Origin: a virus
IMG/VR virus record: IMGVR_UViG_3300049729_000039
DNA: 64,000 bases
Reading direction: 5' to 3' (one strand)
Positions 1 to 9,474 of the stretch are shown here, one piece after another (the stretch's first letter is position 1; every line of letters starts with the position of its first letter). A program made the position numbers and the translations under genes. The notes under the pieces are model-generated. The model saw only the letters and a list, made by a program, of their open reading frames with translations, had not been told where the DNA came from and searched no databases.

Positions 1-2
1 CA

Positions 3-2021
3 GGAATTACAGTTACAGGCACTTATCCAAACTTTACAATCACTAATTCAGCACCCTCAAGTGGTGGTACAGTAACATCTGTTAGTGGCACTTCACCAAT
101 AGTATCGAGTGGTGGGAACACACCTGAAATTTCAATTAATCAGTCACTTTTAAGTTTAACCAAAAGTCAGATTAGTGATTTTGGAACCTACTCAACAGAT
201 ATTCATTCAAACATTACAGCCTTAAATGCAGTAAGTGGAACTAATACAGGCGACAATGCTACTAATACCCTCTATTCAAGTTTAGTTTCAAATGCCACTC
301 ATACAGGTGATGCAACAGGTTCAACAGCTTTAACACTTGCAACAGTCAACTCTAATATAGGCACATACAATAATATCACTATCAATGCTAAGGGTTTAGC
401 AACGGCAGGTAGTAATGTTAGTTATGAACCCGCATTCTCAAAGAATACAGCCTTCAATAAGAACTTTGGAACAGCAACTACTCAAGTTTGGGGTTATGAT
501 TCACATCCAACTACATTTGCTGACTATGGATTGACTACTGCAATAGGTGGTTATCTACCTTTAAGTGCAGGTTCAGGTCAGGCTTTGACTGGAACACTTT
601 ATGGTACTGGGGCAATATTTAGCGGTAATATTAACACTAACTCATCATACAATATTAATGGCTCACTGTTTGCAAATACTTATAAAGATGCTAATAGTGA
701 TGGATATAATATTTGGATTGGTGGTGGTGGACAATCAAGTATCGGAGCAGTAGGAACAACTTATAAAGGAAGTTACAACACCGCCAATGGATTTCAATCT
801 CTCTTCTCCAACACCACAGGCTCCTATAACACTGCCAATGGAGTTTATTCTCTCTACTCCAACACCACAGGCTCCAACAACACCGCCAATGGAGTTTATT
901 CTCTCTACTCCAACACCACAGGCTACTCCAACACTACCAATGGATATGCTTCTCTCCTCTCCAACACCACAGGCTACTCCAACGCTACCAATGGAGTTTA
1001 TTCTCTCTACTCCAACACCACAGGCTCCAACAACACCGCCAATGGATTTCAATCTCTCTTCTCCAACACCACAGGCTCCAACAACACCGCCAATGGATTT
1101 CAATCTCTCTTCTCCAACACCACAGGCTCCAACAACACCGCCAATGGAGTTTATTCTCTCTACTCCAACACCACAGGCTACTCCAACACTACCAATGGAG
1201 TTTATTCTCTCTACTCCAACACCACAGGCTCACTTAATACAGCTCTGGGTCAAGAATCGGGTAACCTATTATCAAATGGAGCAGGTAATATAAATTCTAA
1301 TAATTCAATCTTTCTAGGTTATAATACTAAAGCAGCAGCAGCTAATGGAGTCAATGAAATAGTAATAGGGGATCAAGCAATAGGTAATGGAAGTAATACA
1401 GTCACATTAGGTAATAATTCTGTTACTAATACCTATTTGAAAGGTATTGTTAATGCTACTCAGATCAACCCTACTAACCTTACCGCTAACTACCTACCTA
1501 AGATGGGAACAGGGGGACTGGTTAATAGTTTGATTAGTGAAAGCGGTACAGTCGTAACAGTGGGGGGTAGTGTTACTGCAACAGGTGCTACTTTCACAAC
1601 AGGGGCAGGTAGTGGTAAGGTTTGGACAAGTGACGGTTCGGGAGTTGGGAGTTGGCAAACAAATAGTGTTCCAACCCTATCAAGCGGAACGTACACGCCA
1701 ACTATCACAAATTTATATGGAACTTCATCTATTGTTGCAAGAGAAAGCACATACCAGCAAATTGGGAATATTATACATGTAAAAGTAACAGGTCAGTTTG
1801 TTCAAACGCAAATAAACCCATCATTGAGTATTTCACTCCCCTTTACGAGGGGAAGTGCACAGGTTAACTATCCCGTAGGTGTTGGGATTGTAGATGTTTC
1901 TGGAATAATTACAACAGCACGCGTAATGGGAGAGACAACAACATCCATATGGCTTTTCTATGTAGGTGCAAACATATCATCTAATTGTGACTTTGCAGTA
2001 GAATTTGATTATTCCTTATAA
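3..2021 (+). CDS. Tail fibre / receptor-binding protein, 5'-truncated by the window edge
   Basis: The frame is open from nt 3 to the stop at 2021; track ORF 531..2021 only begins at an internal TTG. Sequence is G/S/T/N-rich and fibre-like, with central YadA-head/Hep_Hag-like NTANG..SL.SNTTG repeats. Confidence 0.7.
   Translation, partial: GITVTGTYPNFTITNSAPSSGGTVTSVSGTSPIVSSGGNTPEISINQSLLSLTKSQISDFGTYSTDIHSNITALNAVSGTNTGDNATNTLYSSLVSNATHTGDATGSTALTLATVNSNIGTYNNITINAKGLATAGSNVSYEPAFSKNTAFNKNFGTATTQVWGYDSHPTTFADYGLTTAIGGYLPLSAGSGQALTGTLYGTGAIFSGNINTNSSYNINGSLFANTYKDANSDGYNIWIGGGGQSSIGAVGTTYKGSYNTANGFQSLFSNTTGSYNTANGVYSLYSNTTGSNNTANGVYSLYSNTTGYSNTTNGYASLLSNTTGYSNATNGVYSLYSNTTGSNNTANGFQSLFSNTTGSNNTANGFQSLFSNTTGSNNTANGVYSLYSNTTGYSNTTNGVYSLYSNTTGSLNTALGQESGNLLSNGAGNINSNNSIFLGYNTKAAAANGVNEIVIGDQAIGNGSNTVTLGNNSVTNTYLKGIVNATQINPTNLTANYLPKMGTGGLVNSLISESGTVVTVGGSVTATGATFTTGAGSGKVWTSDGSGVGSWQTNSVPTLSSGTYTPTITNLYGTSSIVARESTYQQIGNIIHVKVTGQFVQTQINPSLSISLPFTRGSAQVNYPVGVGIVDVSGIITTARVMGETTTSIWLFYVGANISSNCDFAVEFDYSL
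777..1240 (+). repeat. About 9 tandem 51-nt (17-aa) coding repeats inside the tail-fibre gene
   Basis: Near-identical units encode NT(A/T)NG(F/V/Y)(Q/Y/A)SL(F/Y/L)SNTTG(S/Y)x. They explain shadow ORFs 735..1103(-) and 787..1293(+). Confidence 0.85.
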
Positions 2022-2023
2022 TT

Positions 2024-2371
2024 ATGATACAAATAATTTCAGCAATTTTAATAATGTTACTATTTGCAGTTTGGAATGGTTGTTCAATCAACTTTTACAA
2101 CTCCAAAGACCTAAAGTGGAATAAGTATTTTCACTATGTAGGATTTGTTTTACGTGGACTATTGATTGCTATGTTTTGGGGTGATTGGGTTACTATGCTA
2201 ATATTAGCCAATCTGTCTTATACTGCATACGAAATGATAATCAATTTAATGATGAAACAAAACATATTTTATATAGGAGAAACAAGTAAAATTGATATTT
2301 TGTTCGGAAAATTAGGTTTTGTGCTTAAAATTGTGTTATTTTTGTTATCCATTTACATAATATCAAAATAA
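2024..2371 (+). CDS. Small multi-pass membrane protein (holin candidate)
   Basis: Starts 3 nt after the fibre stop. Has 3-4 hydrophobic segments (IISAILIMLLFAVW, LLIAMFWGDWVTMLILANL, FVLKIVLFLLSIYII). Confidence 0.5.
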   Translation: MIQIISAILIMLLFAVWNGCSINFYNSKDLKWNKYFHYVGFVLRGLLIAMFWGDWVTMLILANLSYTAYEMIINLMMKQNIFYIGETSKIDILFGKLGFVLKIVLFLLSIYIISK

Positions 2372-2377
2372 ACCAAT

Positions 2378-2695
2378 ATGAAGAACCTTTTAAACAATCC
2401 AAAATTTGTTATTCTGACAGTTCTGTTTGTTGCACTGTTTTTAGCATTTACATTTATTCCTAATGCTTCAGCACAAAGAAAGCCCGATTCATTGGTAATT
2501 CAGATTACCATTGATTCAACCCAATTAAAACAGGTGTTTCAACTCATTTCTGAAAATGTCAATCAGAACACCCTAACCGGAAAATTGGTGTTTCAGAACA
2601 TTGTACAGCCGCTTCAAAAGGGCATTAAATGGGTTGTCAATCCCGAATTAAAAGCAGTCGAAACAAAGAAAATCAATTCACCTAAAAACAAATAA
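2378..2695 (+). CDS. Signal-anchored small protein
   Basis: N-terminal hydrophobic stretch FVILTVLFVALFLAFTFIPNASA; tightly packed in the + strand block. Confidence 0.45.
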   Translation: MKNLLNNPKFVILTVLFVALFLAFTFIPNASAQRKPDSLVIQITIDSTQLKQVFQLISENVNQNTLTGKLVFQNIVQPLQKGIKWVVNPELKAVETKKINSPKNK

Positions 2696-2700
2696 ACATT

Positions 2701-3075
2701 ATGAACTTAACACTTATCAAAGGTCTATTTCTGGCATTAATTGCCTATGTAATAGCATTCACACAAACAAACGGATTACCAACTGATTTAATTCACTGGG
2801 AAGTACTTGTACTTGCATTGGTCGGGACTTCAATTGGTTACTTCGTACAAAGTTATTTCTTACCCACAACGTCAGTTTTGGGGTCGATTAACTGGAAAGA
2901 CATCTTAAAGGGTGCAATAATTCTTGTTGCAAACTTCTTTTCAACAATCGGAGCCGACAAATTAACGGGCACTATCGTTGATTTTAAAATGATCGGTGTA
3001 GGTCTGGGATCTCTTTTGCTTGGTTACTTCGTAAAACAGGCAGGTTCGCTAATACCCGCTAAACCACTGGCATAA
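2701..3075 (+). CDS. Four-segment membrane protein (holin candidate)
   Basis: Four hydrophobic segments across 124 aa, followed by a hairpin terminator. Confidence 0.5.
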   Translation: MNLTLIKGLFLALIAYVIAFTQTNGLPTDLIHWEVLVLALVGTSIGYFVQSYFLPTTSVLGSINWKDILKGAIILVANFFSTIGADKLTGTIVDFKMIGVGLGSLLLGYFVKQAGSLIPAKPLA

Positions 3076-3084
3076 ATAAATCAT

Positions 3085-3111
3085 TAAGCGGGTGCAATTC
3101 CCGCTTATTTT
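3085..3111 (+). terminator. Rho-independent-type hairpin
   Basis: taagcggg-tgcaatt-cccgctta followed by tttt. Shares the arm TAAGCGGGTGCA with the hairpin at 45256. Confidence 0.55.
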
Positions 3112-3126
3112 AAACCTTTTTTCAAT

Positions 3127-3450
3127 ATGACACAAGCCGCAAACGACAAAGTAAGCAGTCTTTTTCGCATTATTCAAAATTTGGCATTAGGGGTAATAAT
3201 ACTATTCTTAACGAGATTCATTCAGTCAGTAGATAGTCTAACTGAAACGGTAGGGTTATTGAAAACAGAAGTAAAAGTGGGTCAGTCTCAATCAATGGAC
3301 AAATTGATTTATATTGAAAAGACAGTTAATGATTTAGGCGAAAGAGTTAATAATCTCGAAACGTTTTACTGGCAGGGGAAAACAGAGGCCGAAATATCAA
3401 AAGCTAAAGCAATAGGCCGAAATCAGGGATTTAAAAGCATTAAAAAATGA
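3127..3450 (+). CDS. N-terminally anchored coiled-coil protein (lysis accessory?)
   Basis: One TM-like segment (LALGVIILFLTRFI), then a charged helical region. Confidence 0.45.
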   Translation: MTQAANDKVSSLFRIIQNLALGVIILFLTRFIQSVDSLTETVGLLKTEVKVGQSQSMDKLIYIEKTVNDLGERVNNLETFYWQGKTEAEISKAKAIGRNQGFKSIKK

Positions 3451-3576
3451 TTACAGTAAGAACGTTCCTAAAATATCTGAGACTGTCTTGTGCGATCAAA
3501 ATGAAATACGGGTTGTGTTCAAATGGTGGTAAATTTTGCAGGCGGGATTCCTGTAAGGGATTAAATAAGAAACAAA

Positions 3577-3867
3577 ATGTCTAAAATTAGAATAAGAACG
3601 GTGCAATATTTTGAATTTTATTGCCCTGCATGCAAAAGAATACATACAGTTTCCGACATTGGAGGCTGGAGCGTAGGATATGATTTATTAAAACCCACAA
3701 TTACGCCATCGGTACTAAATCAGACACCTATTCTTAATGAAATTACAGGTGTTTATGAAATGAAACAAAGATGTCACCTAAATATTACCAATGGAATGAT
3801 TTATTATCATTCCGATAGTGCACATGAAATGGCGGGTCAAACAGTTGAGTTACCTGAAATATCGTAA
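3577..3867 (+). CDS. Small Cys/His protein, zinc-ribbon-like
   Basis: CPACKRIH near the N-terminus and RCHLNITNGMIYYHSDSAH near the C-terminus. Confidence 0.45.
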   Translation: MSKIRIRTVQYFEFYCPACKRIHTVSDIGGWSVGYDLLKPTITPSVLNQTPILNEITGVYEMKQRCHLNITNGMIYYHSDSAHEMAGQTVELPEIS

Positions 3868-3870
3868 ATT

Positions 3871-4500
3871 ATGACAAATAAAACCTGGACAATTATCGGA
3901 ATTATCGCTATTTTCCTATTTGGAGCATTTTCTTTTTGGGGTGTTCAAAAGATATTCACACCTGCGGCACCGGTAATCAAATCAGATACTATAACTATTG
4001 TTAAGCACGACACCACAAAATACGCTGTTAAAACGTTTATTTATGGCGGGGCAGTACTTCATATAGATACAGTAGTAATCAATCACCACGACACATCTTA
4101 TGTGGCAAAAACGCCAATTAAAAGCAAAGACACTATATGGGTTTACAATCAGTTCTATTCTACTACTAATGATTCAATAATCTTGACAGACACACCTGAT
4201 CTGTGGTTTAAATTAAAATACGGCATCAGTGAGAATATGCTAATTTCTGTTAAGGGGCAGTATGTAAATAAAAGAGCAACACAGATAATTAATAATAACC
4301 CAGTCACACAACAACAGACGACTAATCAACTCTATTTAGGAGCCAATTTAAGCGGATTTAAGGATGGTTTTGGTATAGGGACTAATATCCTATTAAAAAC
4401 TAAAAACGAAGCGATATGGACACTAGGAGTGAGTTATTACCCCTATATCTACAAGGGAGCAATTTATACAATCGGAAGAAACTGGAAAATTAAATTATGA
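3871..4500 (+). CDS. N-terminally anchored beta-rich protein
   Basis: TM segment WTIIGIIAIFLFGAFSFWGV, then a T/Y/N-rich domain. Its stop overlaps the endolysin start (ATGA). Confidence 0.5.
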   Translation: MTNKTWTIIGIIAIFLFGAFSFWGVQKIFTPAAPVIKSDTITIVKHDTTKYAVKTFIYGGAVLHIDTVVINHHDTSYVAKTPIKSKDTIWVYNQFYSTTNDSIILTDTPDLWFKLKYGISENMLISVKGQYVNKRATQIINNNPVTQQQTTNQLYLGANLSGFKDGFGIGTNILLKTKNEAIWTLGVSYYPYIYKGAIYTIGRNWKIKL

Positions 4501-4997
4501 TCAACAAGGATTTTGCAAAAATGGTATTTAGTGCCGCAGAGAACATGGACATTTCTCCGCTATTCGTCACCGCCCAAGCAGCACTCGAAAGTGGATGGGG
4601 CAAACATGTGATAGGGAAATATAATTTCTTTGGCATCACCGCAGACGAACACTACACAGGAAAGACGTTAATGGTAAGGACAAGGGAGGTGTTTAATATC
4701 GCTAACAAGATATTACCATCGAACTGGGTACTTCATTCTGTAACGAAAAGAAAAGACGGATTGTACGACTATGACCTTAGTAGACCATTCAGAGACTACG
4801 ATACTTTAGAACAAGCGCTCAACGATCATTTTGATATACTGCGAAGTGATAATTTTAAAGCAGCATGGCCATTTAGAAACGACCCGGTTAAATTTGTTAC
4901 AGCAATACAATCCGGCAAAGAGAAATATGCCACAGATCCTAATTACGTTTCAACTATGAAGTCAATGTTTGTGTCTGTTCAAAGATTGCTTGCTTAA
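4497..4997 (+). CDS. Endolysin, GH73 / FlgJ-type N-acetylglucosaminidase
   Basis: FVTAQAALESGWGK matches the catalytic-Glu motif AQAALESGWG of GH73 glucosaminidases. It is the last gene of the + strand tail/lysis block. Confidence 0.8.
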   Translation: MINKDFAKMVFSAAENMDISPLFVTAQAALESGWGKHVIGKYNFFGITADEHYTGKTLMVRTREVFNIANKILPSNWVLHSVTKRKDGLYDYDLSRPFRDYDTLEQALNDHFDILRSDNFKAAWPFRNDPVKFVTAIQSGKEKYATDPNYVSTMKSMFVSVQRLLA

Positions 4998-4998
4998 A

Positions 4999-5565
4999 CT
5001 ACTGAGTCGGCTGGCGATAAGAAAGTATTGGCCTGGGGGCGGAGACACCAAGCAGTTCTCTTACTGTCTGGATAAGATTAGCTTGCTGGCCTGCCGGTAA
5101 CTTAAATTCATCAGTATCTAATAAGGTTTCAAAACTTGGTATTGCTTCGATTATTAACGGTATAGCACGGGTAAGTCCATATATAAATACCTCTTTATTT
5201 TTCACCTCGAAAGAAATAGAATCGTCTATTTCGTTAACTTCTCCGGTTAATTCGTGTTCACCCATTCTTATGGGAACAAATACCAAATCTGTTTCGGTCT
5301 GTGAATAAATACGCACTGCGTCGCCAATCAAAGGGAATTGCATCGTAGCCACTGGAAGAGTGGCTATTGCTAAATTACTGTCATGGATAACAGGTGTAAC
5401 AGAATATCTTTTTAAATAGTCGTTGATAAAGGCTGGTTCCTGTTTAAAGATATTGAAGTAAATATCACCCAAAGCCATAGAAATCATACGGGATATAAGC
5501 CCCCGTGAGTTGATGCTATCGGGAGAAATTTGAATTATTAGATCAACGAGGTCAGATTTTATCAT
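4999..5565 (-). CDS. Hypothetical protein (third gene of the 6886->4999 operon)
   Basis: ATG ORF whose start overlaps the upstream stop. No motif recognised. Confidence 0.55.
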   Translation of the reverse strand: MIKSDLVDLIIQISPDSINSRGLISRMISMALGDIYFNIFKQEPAFINDYLKRYSVTPVIHDSNLAIATLPVATMQFPLIGDAVRIYSQTETDLVFVPIRMGEHELTGEVNEIDDSISFEVKNKEVFIYGLTRAIPLIIEAIPSFETLLDTDEFKLPAGQQANLIQTVRELLGVSAPRPILSYRQPTQ

Positions 5566-6422
5566 TGCTGTGGTTTTTGTTGAAATCCACCAGTGCGGTT
5601 AATCATTACTATTTGGTAAACCTTCTGAACAAATTCTTCGTAGGCCCAGATAGGTAGATCCAGCTCTACCGACTGCGAAACATAACCATCGAAGTTATGC
5701 TTCGTATGTGTTACTGAGGCCATTATTATTGCATCTCCCAGTGATTGATATTTAGGATTTGCTGCCGGGGGTGTCGTGTCTGTATTTAATACTTCCGTGA
5801 TTACTTTATATGCTATGCCTAAATTCATTACTCTTGTCCCTACAGAGTAAGCGGTTGATGTAGCCCATTGGGTTACCGCCCTGACCAGATCAAGATTGGC
5901 TCCGTTCGTTACCAGCCAACTCCCTGGCTCCATGTACCAAAATACTCCGTTAACATCAAAAACATAATCAAAGTAAACATTAAGCGGCAAGCGATAATAA
6001 ACCAGTGTTGCGGTGGTTGGGTTATTACTGATAACTACCTGTCCTTGTTCTACTTTTGCAAATGCCCGTGAGTTCTCATAAAAAGGATTATGAACTAGGT
6101 AATTATATCTCTTGGGGTCAAGTAGTTCGACATCAAAGAAGCCAACAGTCAATGCTTTCTCGAACATAAAGTCAGAGGGAACATTAAAAGGTGGGGTAAT
6201 AACGGCAGACTTAACAAGCTGAACCAATGAATTGAACTCGCTAGGCACTATGTCCATCTTTTGATTGATGGGTGTAGCCCGTAGCTGTGCGATTATGGCG
6301 GTATAGTACCCGGACTGAGCTATCGTAGCCGCCCTGCTAAATTCCTCCGGAGTAAACGTATATCCAGACTGATCCTTATTTGTAAGGAAATTTACTTGTT
6401 GGAAAACATCGTACAGGTTCAT
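5562..6422 (-). CDS. Hypothetical protein
   Basis: 286-aa ATG ORF, translationally coupled on both sides. Confidence 0.6.
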   Translation of the reverse strand: MNLYDVFQQVNFLTNKDQSGYTFTPEEFSRAATIAQSGYYTAIIAQLRATPINQKMDIVPSEFNSLVQLVKSAVITPPFNVPSDFMFEKALTVGFFDVELLDPKRYNYLVHNPFYENSRAFAKVEQGQVVISNNPTTATLVYYRLPLNVYFDYVFDVNGVFWYMEPGSWLVTNGANLDLVRAVTQWATSTAYSVGTRVMNLGIAYKVITEVLNTDTTPPAANPKYQSLGDAIIMASVTHTKHNFDGYVSQSVELDLPIWAYEEFVQKVYQIVMINRTGGFQQKPQQ

Positions 6423-6886
6423 ACTATTGGGATTAAATCAGGGTTAAACGAATTCAGGATATTAACGATATTTTGATAGTGTACAGATGTGTCCAAACTG
6501 AAAGATTTGGCGAAGTTGAACATCACTATCTCGTTCTGGATTGCAATAACATTTGGCAGCATCTTATTTGCCATAGCAGCATTTGGTTGGTTTCCGACTA
6601 ATCCTGCAAACGTGTAATACGTGTTAAGAAAATTAGCTATGTTTGTGTAGTCTGATTGTGTCCAGTTATGCAGTGCAAATGTAGCGGTGTAGGTAGCGTC
6701 TACAGACGGTGTGACTGACCGAATAACATTTGTTGTTACCGTAGTGCCGTCACTCCATGATACAAAGTCATACCCCACAGTCGGGATTGCTGTGATGTTA
6801 AATGGTGTTCCAATATCGCGTAAACCTGTGACCGGGGTTGCTGTTCCCCCGGTTCCGTATGCAATTGTTATTGTGACCTGTGCCAT
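6419..6886 (-). CDS. Protein with a Listeria/Bacteroides-type (Flg_new-like) repeat domain
   Basis: The ATG at 6886 sits 16 nt downstream of a TATCTTTG -7 box; the track start at 6952 is not an ATG. GYDFVSWSDGTTV resembles the G-Y-x-F-x-G-W repeat signature. Confidence 0.55.
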   Translation of the reverse strand: MAQVTITIAYGTGGTATPVTGLRDIGTPFNITAIPTVGYDFVSWSDGTTVTTNVIRSVTPSVDATYTATFALHNWTQSDYTNIANFLNTYYTFAGLVGNQPNAAMANKMLPNVIAIQNEIVMFNFAKSFSLDTSVHYQNIVNILNSFNPDLIPIV

Positions 6887-6902
6887 GCCAAAAATGTTTC
6901 TA

Positions 6903-6934
6903 CAAAGATAATCAATAAGCTGTTTTAATGCAAA
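6903..6934 (-). promoter_or_regulatory. Bacteroidota-type promoter (TTTG-N20-TATCTTTG)
   Basis: The reverse complement of 6903-6910 is TATCTTTG and of 6931-6934 is TTTG, with a 20-nt spacer. It lies directly after a terminator. Confidence 0.65.
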
Positions 6935-6935
6935 T

Positions 6936-6968
6936 AAAAAAAAGCCTACCAAATTAATGATAGGCTTT
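6936..6968 (-). terminator. Rho-independent terminator of the early (-) block
   Basis: aaagccta / taggcttt 8-bp stem with a 12-nt loop, followed on the minus strand by an 8-U run. Confidence 0.7.
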
Positions 6969-6986
6969 AGATTAAGCTACGCTATT

Positions 6987-7373
6987 TCACATAGCCATTT
7001 TTATTCGCAGGTGGGTATTCAATAGGCTGATCTCTTTTCGAAAATCTGGCTCTGTATCCATCCTATCTTTGATAAGCTTCTTAGCGTGTTGTACCATTGT
7101 GTGTTGTTGTCCAAAATAAGCCATCACTTCTTTATTAGATAGGTGTGTGAGCTTATCGAGAAAATAGATAGCGACGTGTTTCGGTGAAACTAAGTCTCTG
7201 AATCGTCTTTTTTTCCTTATATCGGAATATTTAACGTCATAAAAAGAACATACTTCGGTTATGATCTTCATAGGGTCGGCTACTATAGGGTCTGATTTGA
7301 ACTGTGCGAGTAGTTCTTCGACAGTGACGGTAATTCCGTATTTGGTTTTCAGGTATTCGATTAGCTTGTTCAT
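6987..7373 (-). CDS. DnaA domain-IV-like HTH protein (no AAA+ domain)
   Basis: RFRDLVSPKHVAIYFLDKLTHLSNKEVMAYFGQQHTMVQHAKKLI parallels the DnaA C-terminal DNA-binding domain (..aR.iaMYL....s...IG..fg.dHTTVlHA). Confidence 0.65.
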   Translation of the reverse strand: MNKLIEYLKTKYGITVTVEELLAQFKSDPIVADPMKIITEVCSFYDVKYSDIRKKRRFRDLVSPKHVAIYFLDKLTHLSNKEVMAYFGQQHTMVQHAKKLIKDRMDTEPDFRKEISLLNTHLRIKMAM

Positions 7374-7609
7374 ATAATTGAAGTTTTTGGGTATCTTTTA
7401 TAGAACTCTGCCTTTGCCTTCTCTACATCGGTTCCTTTTGGCCGGTAGATTTTAGCAGTAGGACTGACCTGAATTTCAACCATCTTTTCGGTTTTTGGGG
7501 AGTTCTTGATTAGTTCAGCAAGTTTCTTCTCTCGAATTACTTCCTGTTGATCTATAAGCACCACTTTGCTCATATCTCGATTCATTCCCATATTTTCTTT
7601 GCAGCTCAT
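7370..7609 (-). CDS. Hypothetical protein
   Basis: ORF coupled to its neighbours (overlapping stop/start). Confidence 0.5.
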   Translation of the reverse strand: MSCKENMGMNRDMSKVVLIDQQEVIREKKLAELIKNSPKTEKMVEIQVSPTAKIYRPKGTDVEKAKAEFYKRYPKTSII

Positions 7610-8046
7610 TTCTGTGTGATTGTTAAAAAAGACGAAGTGGTGAATGTCGGAGGCGAAATTCGCTCACCCGATTCTTCATCAAATACCTGCATATCTGATT
7701 TCATTGCTTGAAGAAATGTTTCGATTTCTTTTTTACGTGCAACCAATTTATTGTACTCGGTATGGCCGCATTGTGAGTAGTCAAAAATTCGTTTTGAACT
7801 AACTGCGATTTTATTACCCATGAAGTCAAAGGATTTTCCGTTCTTTTCGGCTTCGGTCATCACGTACTCTTTGACCTCTTTGTCCTCTCTAATCTTTTTG
7901 ATTATGTCAGCAAGGTTTTTCAGATATACCTCGGTCTGTAATGGGTTGACGTTACCTGATAGTATTTCGTCCTTACATTCCTGAATGAACTTTGCCTTTG
8001 ATTCCTTGGTGGCAAGTCCTGTACTTAACTTTTCGAGTGAGTTCAT
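7606..8046 (-). CDS. Hypothetical helical protein next to the annealase
   Basis: 146-aa charged/helical ATG ORF abutting the ERF gene. Confidence 0.55.
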   Translation of the reverse strand: MNSLEKLSTGLATKESKAKFIQECKDEILSGNVNPLQTEVYLKNLADIIKKIREDKEVKEYVMTEAEKNGKSFDFMGNKIAVSSKRIFDYSQCGHTEYNKLVARKKEIETFLQAMKSDMQVFDEESGERISPPTFTTSSFLTITQK

Positions 8047-8766
8047 TTAGTGAGGGATATTAGATACGTCTGTCAAAAGTAATTCTTTCGTTACTGCATC
8101 AATTTGATACATTTTTTCGAGTTCTTCGATATTATAGACCTTACCTTTAATACCGACTGTCATTGCAAGTATAGCACTTTTGTACTTGTCAGAATTATGT
8201 ACAAGTTTCTCAGGTTCCTTCTTTACAGGTGCGGGTGTTTTTGGCGGTGTAGGTTGTTGTGGTTTGCTCTGTGGAACAGGCTTGTCGTCTGAATGTTCTT
8301 TATCGCTGTCGTCGATCTTTCCGGTAGGAACTAAAAATGTGTACAAAAGAACATATTTTAAGGCATAGGTGCAACTCTTACCTGCACCCTTGTCCTGTGG
8401 GTCTACTCCTTGTCCTAATCCCTGTAATTCGATAAACTCACCGCTTGTATGACACAAAAGATATATAGTTTTAACCTCTGTAAATACAGATTGTTTCCGC
8501 TTCATGTCTTTGGGTGTAGATTTACTCCACGGGTCAACTTCTTCCCATTCCTGTATTTTAGTTGTTTGGTCTATTCCTATTGGATAAATAGCAAGTCCGT
8601 GTTTAGCCATTGCTTCACCAATAACTTTTTTTACTTCTTGGTCGGCTATTCCCTGATACGAATTGTCTCCTGTACCGATTTTCATTGTTTTTTCTACTCC
8701 TTTTACCTCCTGCATTACTGCTATAGTAGCTGCAACAAGGTTTGTAATACTTTCAGATTTGTTCAT
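8047..8766 (-). CDS. erf: ERF-family single-strand annealing protein
   Basis: The N-terminus ITNLVAATIAVMQEVKGVEK...YQGIADQEVKKVIGEAMAKHGLAIYP follows the ERF pattern (..v.k...n......Y.y..l..v...i.p.l.khGl.i.q). The C-terminal tail is P/K-rich. Confidence 0.6.
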   Translation of the reverse strand: MNKSESITNLVAATIAVMQEVKGVEKTMKIGTGDNSYQGIADQEVKKVIGEAMAKHGLAIYPIGIDQTTKIQEWEEVDPWSKSTPKDMKRKQSVFTEVKTIYLLCHTSGEFIELQGLGQGVDPQDKGAGKSCTYALKYVLLYTFLVPTGKIDDSDKEHSDDKPVPQSKPQQPTPPKTPAPVKKEPEKLVHNSDKYKSAILAMTVGIKGKVYNIEELEKMYQIDAVTKELLLTDVSNIPH

Positions 8767-8769
8767 AAT

Positions 8770-9000
8770 TTAATAAGTGATTTGTAAATTTATGTGTCCT
8801 TTTGATTTAAAATATTTCATTCTCATTTGTAGATAAGAGAATTCTCCCTTATCTAACTCGGTGGTTTTACGTGGAACTTTTACGGGCTTTCCGTCCACTA
8901 CGATAGTCTTGTAAATCACCTCGACAAGCCTACCTGTCTTGTGCGGTGTCTTTACTATACCGTAGTTTTTAAGTAGTCCGAAGTCGGTCTCCTTACTCAT
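8770..9000 (-). CDS. Hypothetical protein
   Basis: ATG at 9000 in an ATGA overlap with the upstream stop; the track start at 9018 is TTG. Confidence 0.5.
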   Translation of the reverse strand: MSKETDFGLLKNYGIVKTPHKTGRLVEVIYKTIVVDGKPVKVPRKTTELDKGEFSYLQMRMKYFKSKGHINLQITY

Positions 9001-9221
9001 ACTTTTTGTGTTAAACAAATATCAAAAACACCCCTTTCCATGTGTAAAAATCCATTATCACTTATTCTGTGTGAAAAGTTTAATTTTTGAGCCTTCATAA
9101 CCATATCTGCATGAAAATAACACTGAATAGATATAGAATGTGATGAAATATCTATATCGTAAATATTATCTTCGCCAAATATTTCAATAAAACGCTTTGC
9201 TCTTCTTAGGTTATTCTTCAT
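8997..9221 (-). CDS. Hypothetical protein
   Basis: ATG ORF, co-oriented and overlapping its neighbours. Confidence 0.5.
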   Translation of the reverse strand: MKNNLRRAKRFIEIFGEDNIYDIDISSHSISIQCYFHADMVMKAQKLNFSHRISDNGFLHMERGVFDICLTQKV

Positions 9222-9474
9222 TTAAAATAGATTTATAAGTTTGAATTTTATTAAACAACTCAATTCTCTTTTCAGAGTTTTTCCGCTCTTTCTCAATAGA
9301 GAAGTCGGGGCGCATGTATGGAAGTTTATTGTATTCAGCTTCCAATTCTTTTATTTTCCTGATATACAGTTTTCTCGTCTCGGAGTTTAATCCGGCTGAT
9401 TCCTCAGGAAATGGTTCGGTTAAATATTCTGACTTACCCCTGACAAATCGGTCAATCTGTTTTAAGTAAGTCAT
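9211..9474 (-). CDS. Hypothetical protein
   Basis: ATG at 9474 (MTYLKQ...). It is preceded by a 29-aa hydrophobic mini-ORF (9473..9561) not shown in the track. Confidence 0.45.
   Translation of the reverse strand: MTYLKQIDRFVRGKSEYLTEPFPEESAGLNSETRKLYIRKIKELEAEYNKLPYMRPDFSIEKERKNSEKRIELFNKIQTYKSILNEE

Noticed and set aside
8104-8787. Three + strand ORFs antisense to the ERF gene
   Set aside because: Their products are Cys/Phe-rich nonsense-like sequences with no promoter, and they fall entirely within a well-supported minus-strand gene.
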